In this document: one piece after another, positions 1-12,166 of the stretch | How positions within the stretch are numbered: the first letter of the stretch is position 1 | Layout: each line of letters begins with the position of its first letter | Source: Eledone cirrhosa | Lineage: Eukaryota | Assembly: GCA_964016885.1 (NCBI GenBank) | Contig: OZ024741.1 | Location: 336,784,001 to 336,848,000, forward strand | Reading direction: 5' to 3' | DNA: 64,000 nt | The notes under the pieces: model-generated | Seen by the model: the letters and a program-made list of their open reading frames with translations, nothing else | Database searches by the model: none | Told to the model about the DNA's origin: nothing | Translations under genes and position numbers: made by a program

Positions 1-46
<46 letters not shown>

Positions 47-143
47 TGCATATGTATGTATATATGTATGTATATGTATGTATATATATGTATGTGAGTA
101 CATGTATGTATGTATTTGTATATATATATATATATATATATAT

Positions 144-329
144 AAAACGAAGGAGTTGTGGTAAGGAACCAGATGGACCATAATGCACCAGAGTACTCAA
201 TACTTAGGGTAGTAGAGTGTGTAATAGGAAAAAGTATGACCTCGACAGCAGAGCTCAAGCCGTTTCAATGTTCCATCCAGAAATAGCCGTTGAAATGGCT
301 ATTTCTGCCATCGGGGTCATACTTTTTCC

Positions 330-333
<4 letters not shown>
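144..333. mobile_element. Internally deleted fold-back copy of the 53657-54632 family, inserted in (TA)n
   Basis: 144-268 is the reverse complement of about 54505-54631, and 277-333 is an inverted partial copy. Confidence 0.7.
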
Positions 334-411
<78 letters not shown>

Positions 412-672
412 TGAATAGAATATAAGTTTGTTTACATAAGTCTGTTTACACAGAAGTATATGATTTAAGTATAGAGCTTATTTATATTCTAAAGTAATTT
501 GACATAAATAAACACACATTTAACTCAAAACACATAATATACACAAATACGCCAGAAAAAATAATCAAACTAGAAATTTAAGAAAAAAGGGGTACAAAGG
601 ATATACATGAAAACATGTTGGAATTGGGAATATTTGAAGGTATCTCTGTAAACTCATTTTTGCTGTATACAG

Positions 673-831
673 ACATATGTTCAAAGACTGCTGGGACATC
701 TTGTAGTGAGAAAAATAAAGAAACTACAGTTAATGCCCCTTACCGTTACAGTGAGATGTCTACAATATCTTGTGCTGATAGTGGACGTGGCTTGAGCAAG
801 GCAGATTCTGAAAACTATAAAGATCTACATG
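673..831 (+). CDS. Internal coding exon, probably a protocadherin cytoplasmic-tail exon (DICSKTAG...YSEMSTISCADSGRGLSKADSENYKDLH)
   Basis: Acceptor tcatttttgctgtatacag|AC at 672/673 and donor CATG|gtatgt at 831/832. It is 159 nt, phase 1-1, with an open frame in complex sequence. The SEMSTISCADSGRG-S motif resembles the DSG(R/H)GxS motif of mollusc and delta-type protocadherin tails (recalled, not searched). Confidence 0.7.
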
Positions 832-931
832 GTATGTACTCAGAACTATTGATTTAATTATATTTAATTATTTCATAGCATTGTTCTTAATTAGGAAAGA
901 AAGTCTTGTTAGGGAGAGAAAAACTAAAATC

Positions 932-981
<50 letters not shown>

Positions 982-1021
982 TATATATATTATATATATA
1001 TATATATTATATTATATATAT

Positions 1022-1054
<33 letters not shown>

Positions 1055-1061
1055 ATAAATG

Positions 1062-1100
<39 letters not shown>

Positions 1101-1116
1101 AGTACAGCTTTGTATT

Positions 1117-1159
<43 letters not shown>

Positions 1160-1580
1160 ATCTATTTTGAAAAACAGTATTGAAATCTTTCTACAAATTA
1201 TATTTATTTGCCTGCTTTTACTGTTCACGTGGGAGCAAACTTATGTTTTGTTTTTGTTTTGTGTTTTTTGAGAATAATAGAAATTCCTTTTAACCCTTTT
1301 GTTGCTATCAGAAAATATGAAAATATAGAGAAAAAGATATTTTATGTACACTGAAACCTGGTTGTTTTAACCTGGCATTATAATTGGTTGAATTATAGTT
1401 AACAGTCGCATTCATTTGCATCACAACTAGTTTATTTTTGTGGTATAGAAAATTCAATTAAGCTTTTCTAAATTTCTTATTATAAATCAACTATTTTAAA
1501 CAAATTATTTACATGAGCAGCAGCTGAAGAGTTAATCGTACTTCCATATTTTGAAACTTATGTGTGTGTGTGTATAAATA

Positions 1581-1676
<96 letters not shown>

Positions 1677-1955
1677 CACACATATATATATATATATATA
1701 CATATATATGTGTATGTGTGTTTAAATATAGAAGTAAGTTTGGAATGCAGTGAGCAAAATTTAGAATTGAAATAAAAATAGATACTTCACTGTAATACTT
1801 TTGACTATATAATGTATTCTAATGATGGGGTGTATAAACCCACTGAATGGAAAAAAGATGGGTATTGCCAAATGAGAGGTGTGGGTTCAAATTCCATGTG
1901 TACTGATACCCATCTTTTTCTGTACAGAGGGTTTATATGCCCTGTTATCAGACTA

Positions 1956-3178
1956 TGAGATACACTCAAGAGGTTTTGAGATTATCAGAGAGACATTTAT
2001 TTAACTCTGATCAAAACTCTAGTCTCCTTCAAAGAAGGATTCTCCAACTTCAATGCAATTGTTGTAGTGCTCCAGCCACTTCTGGTGGACCCCCTTGTAG
2101 TCCTCCAAAATGGTGTCAAGGGCACTTGTCACAGCCTCCTTCATCTCCTCCACATCCTCAAGGCAGATACTCCTGAGCTTCTTCTTCAGTTTCGGGAATA
2201 TCCAGAAGTCTCATGGGGCTAAGTCTGGGGTGTAGGGAGGATGATCCCCATATCGGCCAAGTAGTTAGTCACCAGGATGGATTTGTGGCAGGGGACATTG
2301 TCTTAGTTCAGGTGCCACTGACCAGACTTGAAGAATTCTGGTCTCCTGTAATGAAATCTCTTTCTGAACTGCCTCAAAACCTCTACATAGTCCTCTTTGT
2401 TGACTGTCTGGCCGTGGGGGATTCAGTGGATGTAGATAATGCCCTTGCTGTCAAAGAATGGAATCATCATGAGCTTCCCAGTCAACCTGCTTTGCCTGGA
2501 CTTCTTGGGTTTTGAGGAGTCAGAATGTTTCCACTGTGTCTCTTGGTCTCTGGATAATAACAGTAGACCCAGCCCTCATCACAGGTTACCAGAGACTCAA
2601 GGATACTTGGATTCAAAGTGATCCACTCAACTATCTCCCTGCTGACATCAACATGCCTCTGCCTTTGATCTTTATTGAGCACCCTGGGAACAAACTTTGC
2701 ACATGTTTAAATCGTCATGAATGACTCTGTGCACAGTGCCCTCAGCCATTTCAAATTGTTTACCAGTTTTCCTGCCACACTTCTCGTAATCTCTCACCAG
2801 CTTTCTGTCCCCCTGGAACCTCTTGTGCAAGTGGAAAACAGTCACCTGGCTTATGAAAGTTAGTCCATAAGCAGTTTTGACTATTTCAAAGGTTTCTGCA
2901 GCAGTTTCTGCCGCAATTCTTGCCAAGCTTGATAAAACATTATTGCAAATCGAGCCTCCAAGTTGTCCTCACTTCCTGACTTTTTGTGGAACCAGTCAGC
3001 TGTGACAAGAGGTGTATAATGGGTAGTGTTTAAAGTATTGTAGTGGCCTGAACCTTTGACCTGGAAAAAAAGATTTGACATGTTAGCTTATTATAGCCAT
3101 ATCAAAGAGATTTATTAGAGTAACGGTTACGTAAGTGCCTGAAAAGAAAAAGTTTCAAAACTTCATGAGTTTACTTTG
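1956..3178 (-). mobile_element. Full-length degenerate mariner (Tc1/mariner) transposon with disrupted transposase
   Basis: Imperfect TIRs (tgagatacactcaagaggttttgag / tcaaaacttcatgagtttactttg) flanked by TA. Minus-strand remnants include AETFEIVKTAYG, GTVHRVIHDDLNMCKV, LVTCDEGWVYCYYPETKR, DNVP, DFWIFPKLKK and FEGD*. Confidence 0.9.
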
Positions 3179-3230
3179 TATATTTATATAGTCAAAAATA
3201 TTACAGCGAAGCTTCTATTTCAATATACAT

Positions 3231-3263
<33 letters not shown>

Positions 3264-4244
3264 GTATATATAACATCAGTCTTGGTTTCATTATTTAATC
3301 CCGCTGAGGTTAACTTTGCCTTTCATCCATACGGGGTCAATAAAATAAAGTACCAGTAATACACTGGGTAATTGCTGGCCTTTTGCCAAAAGTAGAAACA
3401 ATTATTTGATATAATGTATTTTCATTTCATTTTGTTTGCATGTTTTCTAAATTTTTGTTGGTTTTTGTTTTGTACTATTACTTTTAATTCCTTAATAATC
3501 ATTTACCACCACCACCACCACCACCATTATCATCACCACCACCATTATCATCACCATCATCATTACTACCACCATCATCATTACTACCACCATCATCATC
3601 ACTACCATTATCATCATCACCATATCGCCATCATCACCATCATTATAATCATCATATGGAAATAGAAAAGGTTTGAATGAAAAACCATTGAAAGGTATTT
3701 CTGGAATTTAGTTCATAGTATCTAAAGATTTAACTATAAAAATAAAATCTAGTATCACAATTTACACAAAATATACAAATAACACCGATTATCATCATTT
3801 TTAATTTTTATTCTCTCTTCTTGAGTCAGCTATCTTTTGAAGATAAAGCATTTTCATTTTGCTTTTCTCAATGGCTAGAATATGGCTTGTGACACCTACT
3901 TACTCATATATTTCTTCACTAACTGGAGCAGTTCAGCCAATCCATTGTCGAATTAATAGTCAATCATTTTTGAAGCCATTGGTGTTCATAACGTCGAGGT
4001 CATCTAATTAAATTGATGATCATTGCATGAGCTACTATTTACTATGAAACAAGCAGGATTTTTAATGAGGCTTATTTTTCTTGATTCAACCTGATATGCT
4101 AGACTATCCCATGATAGCCCCATCAGAGGCAAATTAAATGCTAGGTAAATCAGATTTTATGCAATAATATTTCATTTTCAGATAATATATGAAATATCCA
4201 TATCTAAATAATAGATTTTATCTGAATTCCTCAGATTAGGAATT

Positions 4245-4453
4245 ACCATATATACTCGAATATAAGCCAATCTGGATATAAGCTGACCGCTATATTTTAT
4301 GTCTGAGAAATGGGCAAAATTCCAAAAACCTGTTTATAAGCGAAGGTAGCTAATCATCACATAAGTATTGACGCCAAATATAAGCCCCTCCCCCATTTTA
4401 ACACTGATCTTTTGGTCACATATTCCACGGTTTATATTCAAGTATATCCAGTA
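4245..4453. mobile_element. Tc2/pogo-type MITE
   Basis: Ends taccatatatactcgaatataagcc and ggtttatattcaagtatatccagta are inverted and TA-flanked. Confidence 0.7.
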
Positions 4454-4479
4454 TTATTATTAACTGATTTATTACCTCT

Positions 4480-4656
4480 GATTCAAAGGGCTATCCTTGT
4501 CACACATTGCCATGCAGAATCTCCCTCAGAATTATGTTAAGGGTACACATGACTGTGGAATGCCCTGCCACTTGCGTGTTAATTTCATAAGCTGACTGTT
4601 CCATTGATTGATCAAACGGCTGGAATATTCATCATTGGAACCAACAGAAGTCCAAC
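4480..4656 (+). mobile_element. Dispersed repeat, probably a SINE 3' portion (inverted copy at about 51880-52045)
   Basis: gaatctccctcagaattatgttaagggtacacatgactgt matches the reverse complement of 51982-52021. Confidence 0.55.
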
Positions 4657-4993
4657 ACACTCACACACACACACACACACACAGACACACACACACCAAT
4701 TGATATATTATTCAGACTAATGTCCTCCTTATTTTAGTTGTCTTAATCACTACATTTCAGCTGTTGTACCTGTTGGCATTCTTTAAAGGGCCTGGTATAA
4801 GGCACATAGCCAGAAATTTGGAGGGAAAAATCAATTAAATCAACTCCAGTATACGATTCCACTAAAAGCACCCTATCAACTAGACTACAGCTTTAATAAA
4901 ACATCATTTTTCTACTAACGTTTAGTGCATTCACATTTAAATCTAAGTTCTCACTCTTGCAATAAAAAATACCATCAACATATGCACACACAC

Positions 4994-5026
<33 letters not shown>

Positions 5027-5503
5027 CATCTATATATATATATATATATATATATGTGTGCCTCCATATATATATATGGAGGCACATGGCTTAGTGGTTA
5101 GAGCATTGGCCTTGCAATCGGTTGTGAGTTCAATTCTCAGACCAGGTGATGTGTTGTTTCCTTGAGCAAGACACTTTATTTCACATTGCTCCAGTTTACT
5201 CAGCAAAGTGGTTGTGGAGGTGCCACGGCAAAAAAGCACCCAGCACTCACTGTAAATGAGGTTGGTGTTAGGAAGGGCATAGAAATCAAGCCAGAATCAG
5301 TTCCCGTCCCACCCTTGCAAGCAGGGAAAAGCGCACATAAAATGATGATGATGATGATGATGATGATATATACTAGAGAGAAAGATAAGTAAAATCCTCA
5401 CCACGGTGCCCCAGTCAGGATTTTATCTATCTATATACCCACTCTGCATCTCCCCATCCATTGAGTACTCCCACTATTAGTAGTCTCCCTGGTCTCACCA
5501 CCA

Positions 5504-5539
<36 letters not shown>

Positions 5540-5569
5540 ATATATATATACACATACTTATATACATAA

Positions 5570-5905
5570 TGGCTAAAGATCCTCTTTGATCATGAATGAC
5601 CATAGATTTGCATGTAGAAAGTTCCCTTGCAAGGCACAATCCCAGACAAGGTTGTTTGTGGAAGACCAGCACTCATCCATGCATGCAAGTCTCCCCTCTG
5701 CATACCACCTATGTTGTCCATGGGAACTGCAAAGGCCATTATAGCTTGGCACCAGTGACAACACAACACATTTCTACAGCTGATTGAGCCGGCGCAACAT
5801 GAAATGAAATACTCAAGGACGCAATGCATTGCCTGTCCGGTAATCAAACTCACAACCTTTTCATTGTAAGCCCAATGCTCTAACCATTAAGATATGCACC
5901 TTCAC
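5570..5905 (-). mobile_element. tRNA/CORE-like SINE with a different 3' tail (internally deleted copy at 12328-12503 +)
   Basis: tRNA-like head at the right end. The tail, read in element sense at 12.4 kb as aacaaccttg..ttcta..tgca.atc.atggtcatt.a.ga.caaag.ggatcttta, is shared between the two copies. Confidence 0.65.
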
Positions 5906-7469
5906 AGGCATACCCATATATATCATCATCATCATCACGTCCATTTTTCCATGCTAGCATGGGTTAGATGTGTTGACTCATTGTGGGACAAGCCAGGTCA
6001 GATGACTGTCTTGCTCATACAGAACTGATTCTAGCTTGGTTTCTGTGGTTCTATACCCTTCCTAATGCCAACCACATTTACAGTGTGTAATGGGTGCTTT
6101 TTGTCAAGACACCTACACAACCACTGTACAATGTGGGTTGGGCGCTTTTTGTCAAGACACCTACACGATCACATTACACAGATAGATTCCAGAGTCAGAT
6201 CAAGTGTATTAAGGCCTTGAGCTGATCATAAATGTTTGATGATGAATAAGATATTCTAGATTGAAACTTCTTACATGATTTAGTCTAGTTGTTGAGTAAT
6301 AATTATTTATAGTGTTACCAATTTTAACATTTATTTCGTTTATGTGAATTGCATATTTGGTACATAAATATAGAAATATAGAAATTAATACTGTCACCTG
6401 TTTGTTATTGACATGAGTTGTTGAGTGTTTATATCAAAAGTAAGAGATGAAAGTTTCAATTCATCAGATTTTTTTTGTATTCACATGTGGTAAGACATGT
6501 TTCACAAATGAACTGCTCTAAGCTACATGCAGTTATGTAATAATTTCATAACATACAACTCAACTCTGTTTGCTTTGCTCATCTGTTGATATAACAATTA
6601 CAATCCACACATCTCTGATATCACCATCTTATGTGTTGTGCTTACCATAATTTTGGCAGGGTTTTTTCTGGCTAGATACCCTTCCAATCATCAACCACTT
6701 TACAGTGTAGACTGGGGGCATTATTCATGCCAAAAGCACTAGAGAGGTTGTGTCCAGTATATATATATATATATATATATATGGGTGTGTATTGAACAAT
6801 GAGAATGAAACAAAAGTCAGGGATAGGTTGTTAATTAGTTTGTTGCTTTATGATCATTTCAGAGGGTTGATTGATCATGGTAGATGGCTATATTGACTAG
6901 AAGATAGTGATTATGTCACTACCTGTTTCTAGTCTCAAAATCTCTGATTAATCTCACCATCTTCCTCTGAAACACGTAGACAAATATATATATATATACA
7001 CACACACATTTGGCTATGTGGCAACTGTTAGAGTCAGTGCATGTGTTAATAGCTGTTTGAAAACAGTGTGTGTACATTGGTGCATTTGCATATATACATA
7101 GATATATATATACCAAGAAATATTTTACTGACTACAATAACTAGCTAACATTTCCCTATTACTGTCTACAATAGCTATCTACACAATTATACATCACATT
7201 ATACTTTCATAATGGATATTCAATACCAAAATTATCTTGTGTATGCTAATATTCATTATAAATGTTTCATTTATGAAATAGTGATAACCATACCATATTA
7301 TGTACATCTATCTTCAATATAAACATAATCTATAGAAACTAATCTATTATTTAGAGATCTCTGTTTGAAGATCCTAACCAGTGAGACACAATAGCTGGAA
7401 TATTTTTTCTGTCAGAATATGACTTTTGAAAGTTTCAAAAAATAAATTATATAAATTCAATAATATATA

Positions 7470-7950
7470 TATCATCTGATTGAGCTTGCTTGGACATTCA
7501 TGAGCCTTGCATGCCATCCATCATGATCAAGCATAAATGTTGGTGAGGTCATTAGGAGGGCATCATGTGTCTCTACATAGTTGGTCGATATAAGTTAAAG
7601 CCAACCTTCCTCTGACCACGTGCTAGGTGCCCAAAGCAAAAGATCACTAACAAGTTCTTGTATTTCTCACCGGCAAAGTCCAACAAATCACATTCTTCAT
7701 TCCTGCAATATTGATATATCAGGGATGGGATCATAGAACAGTTCTTTAGTAGGATGCTGTGTCCATGAGATATTAAGTACAGCCCTCAGCCTTGGTGTAT
7801 AAGTTCTATCAAGCTTGGATTCTTGTTTTTTGGTCAGTGTCCAAGCAATGGCACTCTACATTAAGACTGATTCTACAGAGGCACAGAAGAAGCTGCATTT
7901 TAGATTGTCTGGAAGATCAAATTTACAGATTGTCCATCTTGTTAAGGATG
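7470..7950 (-). mobile_element. RTE-X-like LINE, 3' segment
   Basis: Minus strand reads LNKMD..LPDNLKCSFFCASVESVL..AWTLTKKQESKLD..LRAVLNISWTQHPTK..LLLWAP..DHDGWHARLMNVQASSIR*, with stops and frameshifts. Confidence 0.8.
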
Positions 7951-8294
7951 TCCTGCGAACATCTCTTGATAAACATAATGACTTGGACTTTACCTTGTTT
8001 CCAGCATTACCCAAATGTCATCCTGGGAAAAAATTGACTGATGTTGATTATGCAGATGATCCAGCTGTGATTGCTGACAAGATGGCAAATACACAATCCT
8101 TGCTTCATCTTGAGAAAGCTGCAAATGACGTTGGGCTCTTTGTGAACACATTGAAAATAGAGTTCATTGGCTTCTATCAGTGAAGCTCTATTGAAACACT
8201 CACTGGAGAATCTATCAAATCTGTTGAGAACTTCACATATCTTGGTAGAGAAATCAGTTCAACTGAAAAGGAAATGAAGATCAGAATAGCTAAA
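7948..8294 (+). mobile_element. RTE-X-like LINE, reverse-transcriptase segment inverted relative to 7470-7950
   Basis: VLRTSLDKHNDLDFTL..LTDVDYADD..GLFVN..IKSVENFTYLG..EKEMKIRIAK, containing the RT YADD and YLG motifs. Confidence 0.85.
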
Positions 8295-8301
8295 GTGTGT
8301 G

Positions 8302-8352
<51 letters not shown>

Positions 8353-8382
8353 CTAATCTGAGATTTTCGAATATAAATATTA

Positions 8383-8570
8383 ATAATTGTTTCTACTTTA
8401 GGCACAAGGCCAGCAATTACCCAGTTCATTACTGGTACTTTATTTTATCGACCCCGTAAGGATGAAAAGCAAAGTCAACCTCGGCGGGATTTGAACTCAG
8501 ATCGTAAAGGGACGTAACTATGCTGGAAAGCATGGCGTCCGACCCTCTACCGATACTGCCAACCTACCGC
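8383..8570 (-). mobile_element. tRNA-derived SINE with a Meta-like core (representative copy)
   Basis: Minus strand shows an A box tggcagtatcggtagag, a B box gagttcaaatccc, the core gactttgcttttcatccttacggggtcgataaaataaagtaccag and the tail gccttgtgcctaaagtagaaac(aat)n. Confidence 0.85.
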
Positions 8571-8821
8571 ATATTAATAATAACATTCAATTCGTTTGCA
8601 ATTATGCAAACAAGCCTCAATTTTTTAGCCATGTCAGTAGAATGAACTCTTCATTCTTGCTCTTGTGTTGGCATGTGAACAGAACTGCAGACACTAATGT
8701 TTCTGGGTATCACCCTTCATCAGTACAGCTCACTGTTCACCTGCCAAACTGTCAGAGCTAGTGAAAATATATGCTATATATATTTATATATGTATATATA
8801 TATATATATATTTATTTATTT

Positions 8822-8858
<37 letters not shown>

Positions 8859-9196
8859 ATATATTTGTAAATCAAGGCTATAGATATAAATTAAGAGGGG
8901 GTAAAAAGAGTGCTAAGTTAAGAAGTGAAAAGTAGTTTGATATGCTGAATTAAAAACATTTTCTGGACACATATTTTGCACAGGATTGGACATATAATCC
9001 CCCTCATTCAATCGTTATATTTATCACATATCCACATGAGAGTCACCCTCTACCCAATATCCATTCTCACTACATAATGGAACATCTTAGACTTCTCTTA
9101 AAATACCTGCATATCTGACAAAACACACAGACATGACTGTGATCTCACAGCTCTCATATTGATAGACCTTTTGTCTACAGTAAATGACTTGTGACT

Positions 9197-9328
9197 CAGA
9201 CAGTCTCATTGGTGATTGCTCCTCTCATGATGGGCTTAACTTGACACCTCTAGTTTTAATTTTGACACAGACAGTCTTATTGGTGGCTGCTCTTCTCATG
9301 ACAGGCTTAACATGACAGCTAGTTTTAG
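9197..9328. repeat. About 70-bp tandem duplication
   Basis: cagacagtct(c/t)attggtg..ctcatga..ggcttaac.tgaca..ctagtttta occurs twice. Confidence 0.8.
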
Positions 9329-10199
9329 ACATTTCAGATTTTATCAAAGACTTTTTGGGTGGTGGCCCTCCAAGTTGGATGTAGGGAAGAAGATATCCTC
9401 AAATTGAAAATATGATCCAAATGTTTATTATAAAATAAAACACCGCTATAAGCACTCACTGGTTAGGCGGTGGTGGTGGTGTTGACACCAAACCACTTTA
9501 AACTGTCCCTGCTTCTATTAAACAAAATTGTTTGTTTTAAAGTCTTTTTATTTAAATTTAAACTTTCCATCATAATTTTAAGTAAAAATGTCTACTAAAA
9601 TTATGTTCCAGACTCCATCATAAGAATGAGAAAGTTAGTTTTATTAACAAACACATCGAAATTTCTTGATTATTTGAAAATCATAAGCAGTGTCTTTCAT
9701 TAAAAATATGGTACTTAAAGGGTTAATCTGGATCACAGGTTTCATCTCCCACTCAGACTGCACAAAATTTATCATCATCATTATCACTGTTTAACGTCCA
9801 TTTTTCCATGCTTGCATGGGTTAGACAAGTTGCCCTGCTGTGAGACAAGCCAGATCAGATGACCATATTTTCTCTTACAGTGTGTACTGGGTGCTTTTTA
9901 TTGTGGCACCAAAACAACCACTTTACAGTGTGGACTGGGTGCTTTTTGTCATGACACCAACATGATCACTTTACAGTGTAGACTCGGTGCTTTTTGTCAT
10001 GTCACCTACATGACTACCTTAGTGTTGACTGGGTGCCTTATCTGGGCTATAACAAAAAACAGAAAGAAAGAAAAAAAAACAAGTCAGTAAACAATCACTG
10101 ATTAAAGAAGTTTACAATTATATTGAACTGTATATTTCTTGTTAAATTAATCCTTATTGACTTCTTTCACAATAAACTTAGCCTCAATGTAGTATTAAT

Positions 10200-10422
10200 A
10201 GTTGGATTGGCAGTAATCGGTAGAACATTGGACAACATGCTTTGCAGCATAGAGTTACGGTTCTTTACATACTGATTTTAAATCCCATCGAGGTTAGCTT
10301 AGCCTTTTGCCCTTATGGAAGTCGATAAAATAAAGTACCAGTAATGCACTGGGGTCAATTTCATCAACTTTCTCTTCCTCCCAAATTGTTGGCCTTGTGT
10401 CTAAATCAGAAACCATTATTAA
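10200..10422 (+). mobile_element. Meta-like SINE (further copies at about 3295-3403 +, 21972-22195 -, 29860-29950 -, 33097-33300 -, 33434-33618 +, 34455-34645 -, 36368-36520 +, 52466-52650 +)
   Basis: Same head, core and tail as 8383-8570. Confidence 0.85.
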
Positions 10423-10813
10423 TAGTTCTTTGTGTACTCTCTTTATGTTCTTCTACACTTTTATCAGCTTTCATTTTCGACTTTTCTTGTCATGCCTTTT
10501 CCCTTCGCACTAAAATTATTATACTTACCCTATTACAGAAAATAATGTAATTTTTTAGTGGGCTGCAGTAAAGCAAATAGGACATTAAATGTTAAAATTA
10601 ATGATAACAAAGTTGCTATAATGCTGTCTCAAAGGTGTTGAGTTAGTCTTTAATATTTTTGGATAGAATCCCTTTGTCAAAAGAACAGTTGGGGAAAATT
10701 AAGTTGTAGCTTGAGTGCAGTGTTGATCTTATGCCAAACAAATAAATGGTAATGATATTACCTTTCCTTCCCTCATTAAGCAGTTAAAAAGAAACAATCA
10801 GTGTTACATGTTA

Positions 10814-11128
10814 CCTATAGGTCAAATACATGACTGATTATTATTGAGAAAGTGAGAGGTAGTAGAGTCCTCAAACACACCTTCCAGCAAGTCCTTTTAG
10901 AACTAACAGTCTCAAATTGATCAGGCTGGATCCCAAAGCAAGACCAGCCAATAGGCCAAATATGTAATTGACTATGATTGAGAAAGTGAGCGGGGGGCAG
11001 GGACCTTAAACATGCCCTCTAGCAGCCCCTGTTACAAGCATCAGTCTCCAATTGATCAGGCTGGATCCCAAAGCAAGACCAGACTATAGGTCCAATGCAT
11101 AACTGAATATTATTGAGAAAATGTGAGG
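10814..11128. repeat. About 134-bp tandem repeat, about 2.3 units
   Basis: attgagaaa at about 10843, 10977 and 11112, and aattgatcaggctggatcccaaagcaagaccag twice. Confidence 0.9.
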
Positions 11129-11827
11129 TATTTCTGAAGAGTGTTAATGCTATTAAAACTGGGTTCTGTTCTAGCATATTCTACTATTCATGGTGTCACT
11201 GACTAGCTGGCATTGTAGACAAGAACATGTTTTTTAGGGTCCTGCTAAAATTAGGTTCAGTGAACAATTATAGCTAGCTGCTCCTCATTGCCCCAAACAA
11301 GCCCATCAACAAGCTTTGGTGCTTGGGATGAGGTGTAGGCCTTTGGGCTTTTAGAATATTCTGTGTAGGCACACTTATTCACAATAATTTTAAGTTGAAA
11401 TTTTGGTATAAGTGCATTACTGTAAATGTTTTTTCTAAATCTGAAAGTCCATAACTGAAAAAATATGTGCATGTATGTGTATGTGGAAGGAATGGGGTAG
11501 TGTCATGCAGTGTCCTACCCTCCTCCTTCAATGTATTAAGAACCTCATAACAAATGAAAGCCTAAACTAATTTCTCCCTGTTGTCACTTTACAAGAGAAT
11601 ATGGTCTGTTATCTTCATACATCTCTTTCTTCTTTATCTGTTTGCTGTTATATATTTTTTTATTGTTTGTCTTTTAGTTTGTTTCGACAAGTCACATCAC
11701 TTGTCATTTCCTTGTCTCTTGTCCTCTGCTGCAAATTTCTTTTTATCACACTGTTATCTCATATGTGTATATATATCTGTACCTCAAGTCTTCCTTTATT
11801 TATACTGTTTGCTACTGAAACATTAGT

Positions 11828-11877
11828 TCTTGTCTGATGACCCTGGGATAAACAGGCAAAACTCCTGAGTAACAAGA
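11828..11877 (+). ncRNA. Type I hammerhead-like motif A (core substitutions)
   Basis: TCTTGT-CTGATGA-C-CCTG ggataaa CAGG-C-aAA-ACTC ct GAGT-A-ACAAGA. Stem I is 6 bp and stems II and III pair. G12 is replaced by A and there is a C.C mismatch at the base of stem II. Confidence 0.6.
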
Positions 11878-11896
11878 CTCCTAATTTCTCATTCTT

Positions 11897-11932
11897 TCTT
11901 CTGATGGAGGACTAGTGTCCAAAACGTTAAGA
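11897..11932 (+). ncRNA. Minimal hammerhead-like motif B (decayed)
   Basis: TCTT-CTGATGg-A-GGAC tagt GTCC-aAAACGTT-AAGA. Confidence 0.55.
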
Positions 11933-12032
11933 CCCTCTTCCTGCTATTTCAAACGTTAAACTAATATATTCCTTCCATATACTGGATTGTGTTGCTATTT
12001 CTGTTTACCTTTTACATACATAAATACACACA

Positions 12033-12166
12033 CAGGGTGGTGCAAATGTCACACACCACCCTAATCATCACTATGAACATTTATTCCATTTACTTAAAAA
12101 ATAAGAAATGTGAAGATATTACAGTAGTGTTAATTTAATAGTGCACGACTTTTGTGCTATCCTGTG
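12033..12166. mobile_element. Small Tc1/mariner-type MITE
   Basis: Inverted ends cagggtggtgcaaatgtca and cgacttttgtgctatcctg. Confidence 0.6.

Larger units (their letters stand above)
11545..12015 (+). mobile_element. Penelope-like element 3' end / pLTR with two hammerhead-like motifs
   Basis: A KPKL-like remnant near 11558 (weak match to a GIY-YIG C-terminus) and hammerhead-like motifs at 11828-11877 and 11897-11932. Sequence 11897-12015 is homologous to the reverse complement of 37200-37320. Confidence 0.6.

Noticed and set aside
3414-3665. His-rich ORF
   Set aside because: It is a (CAT/CAC)n microsatellite.
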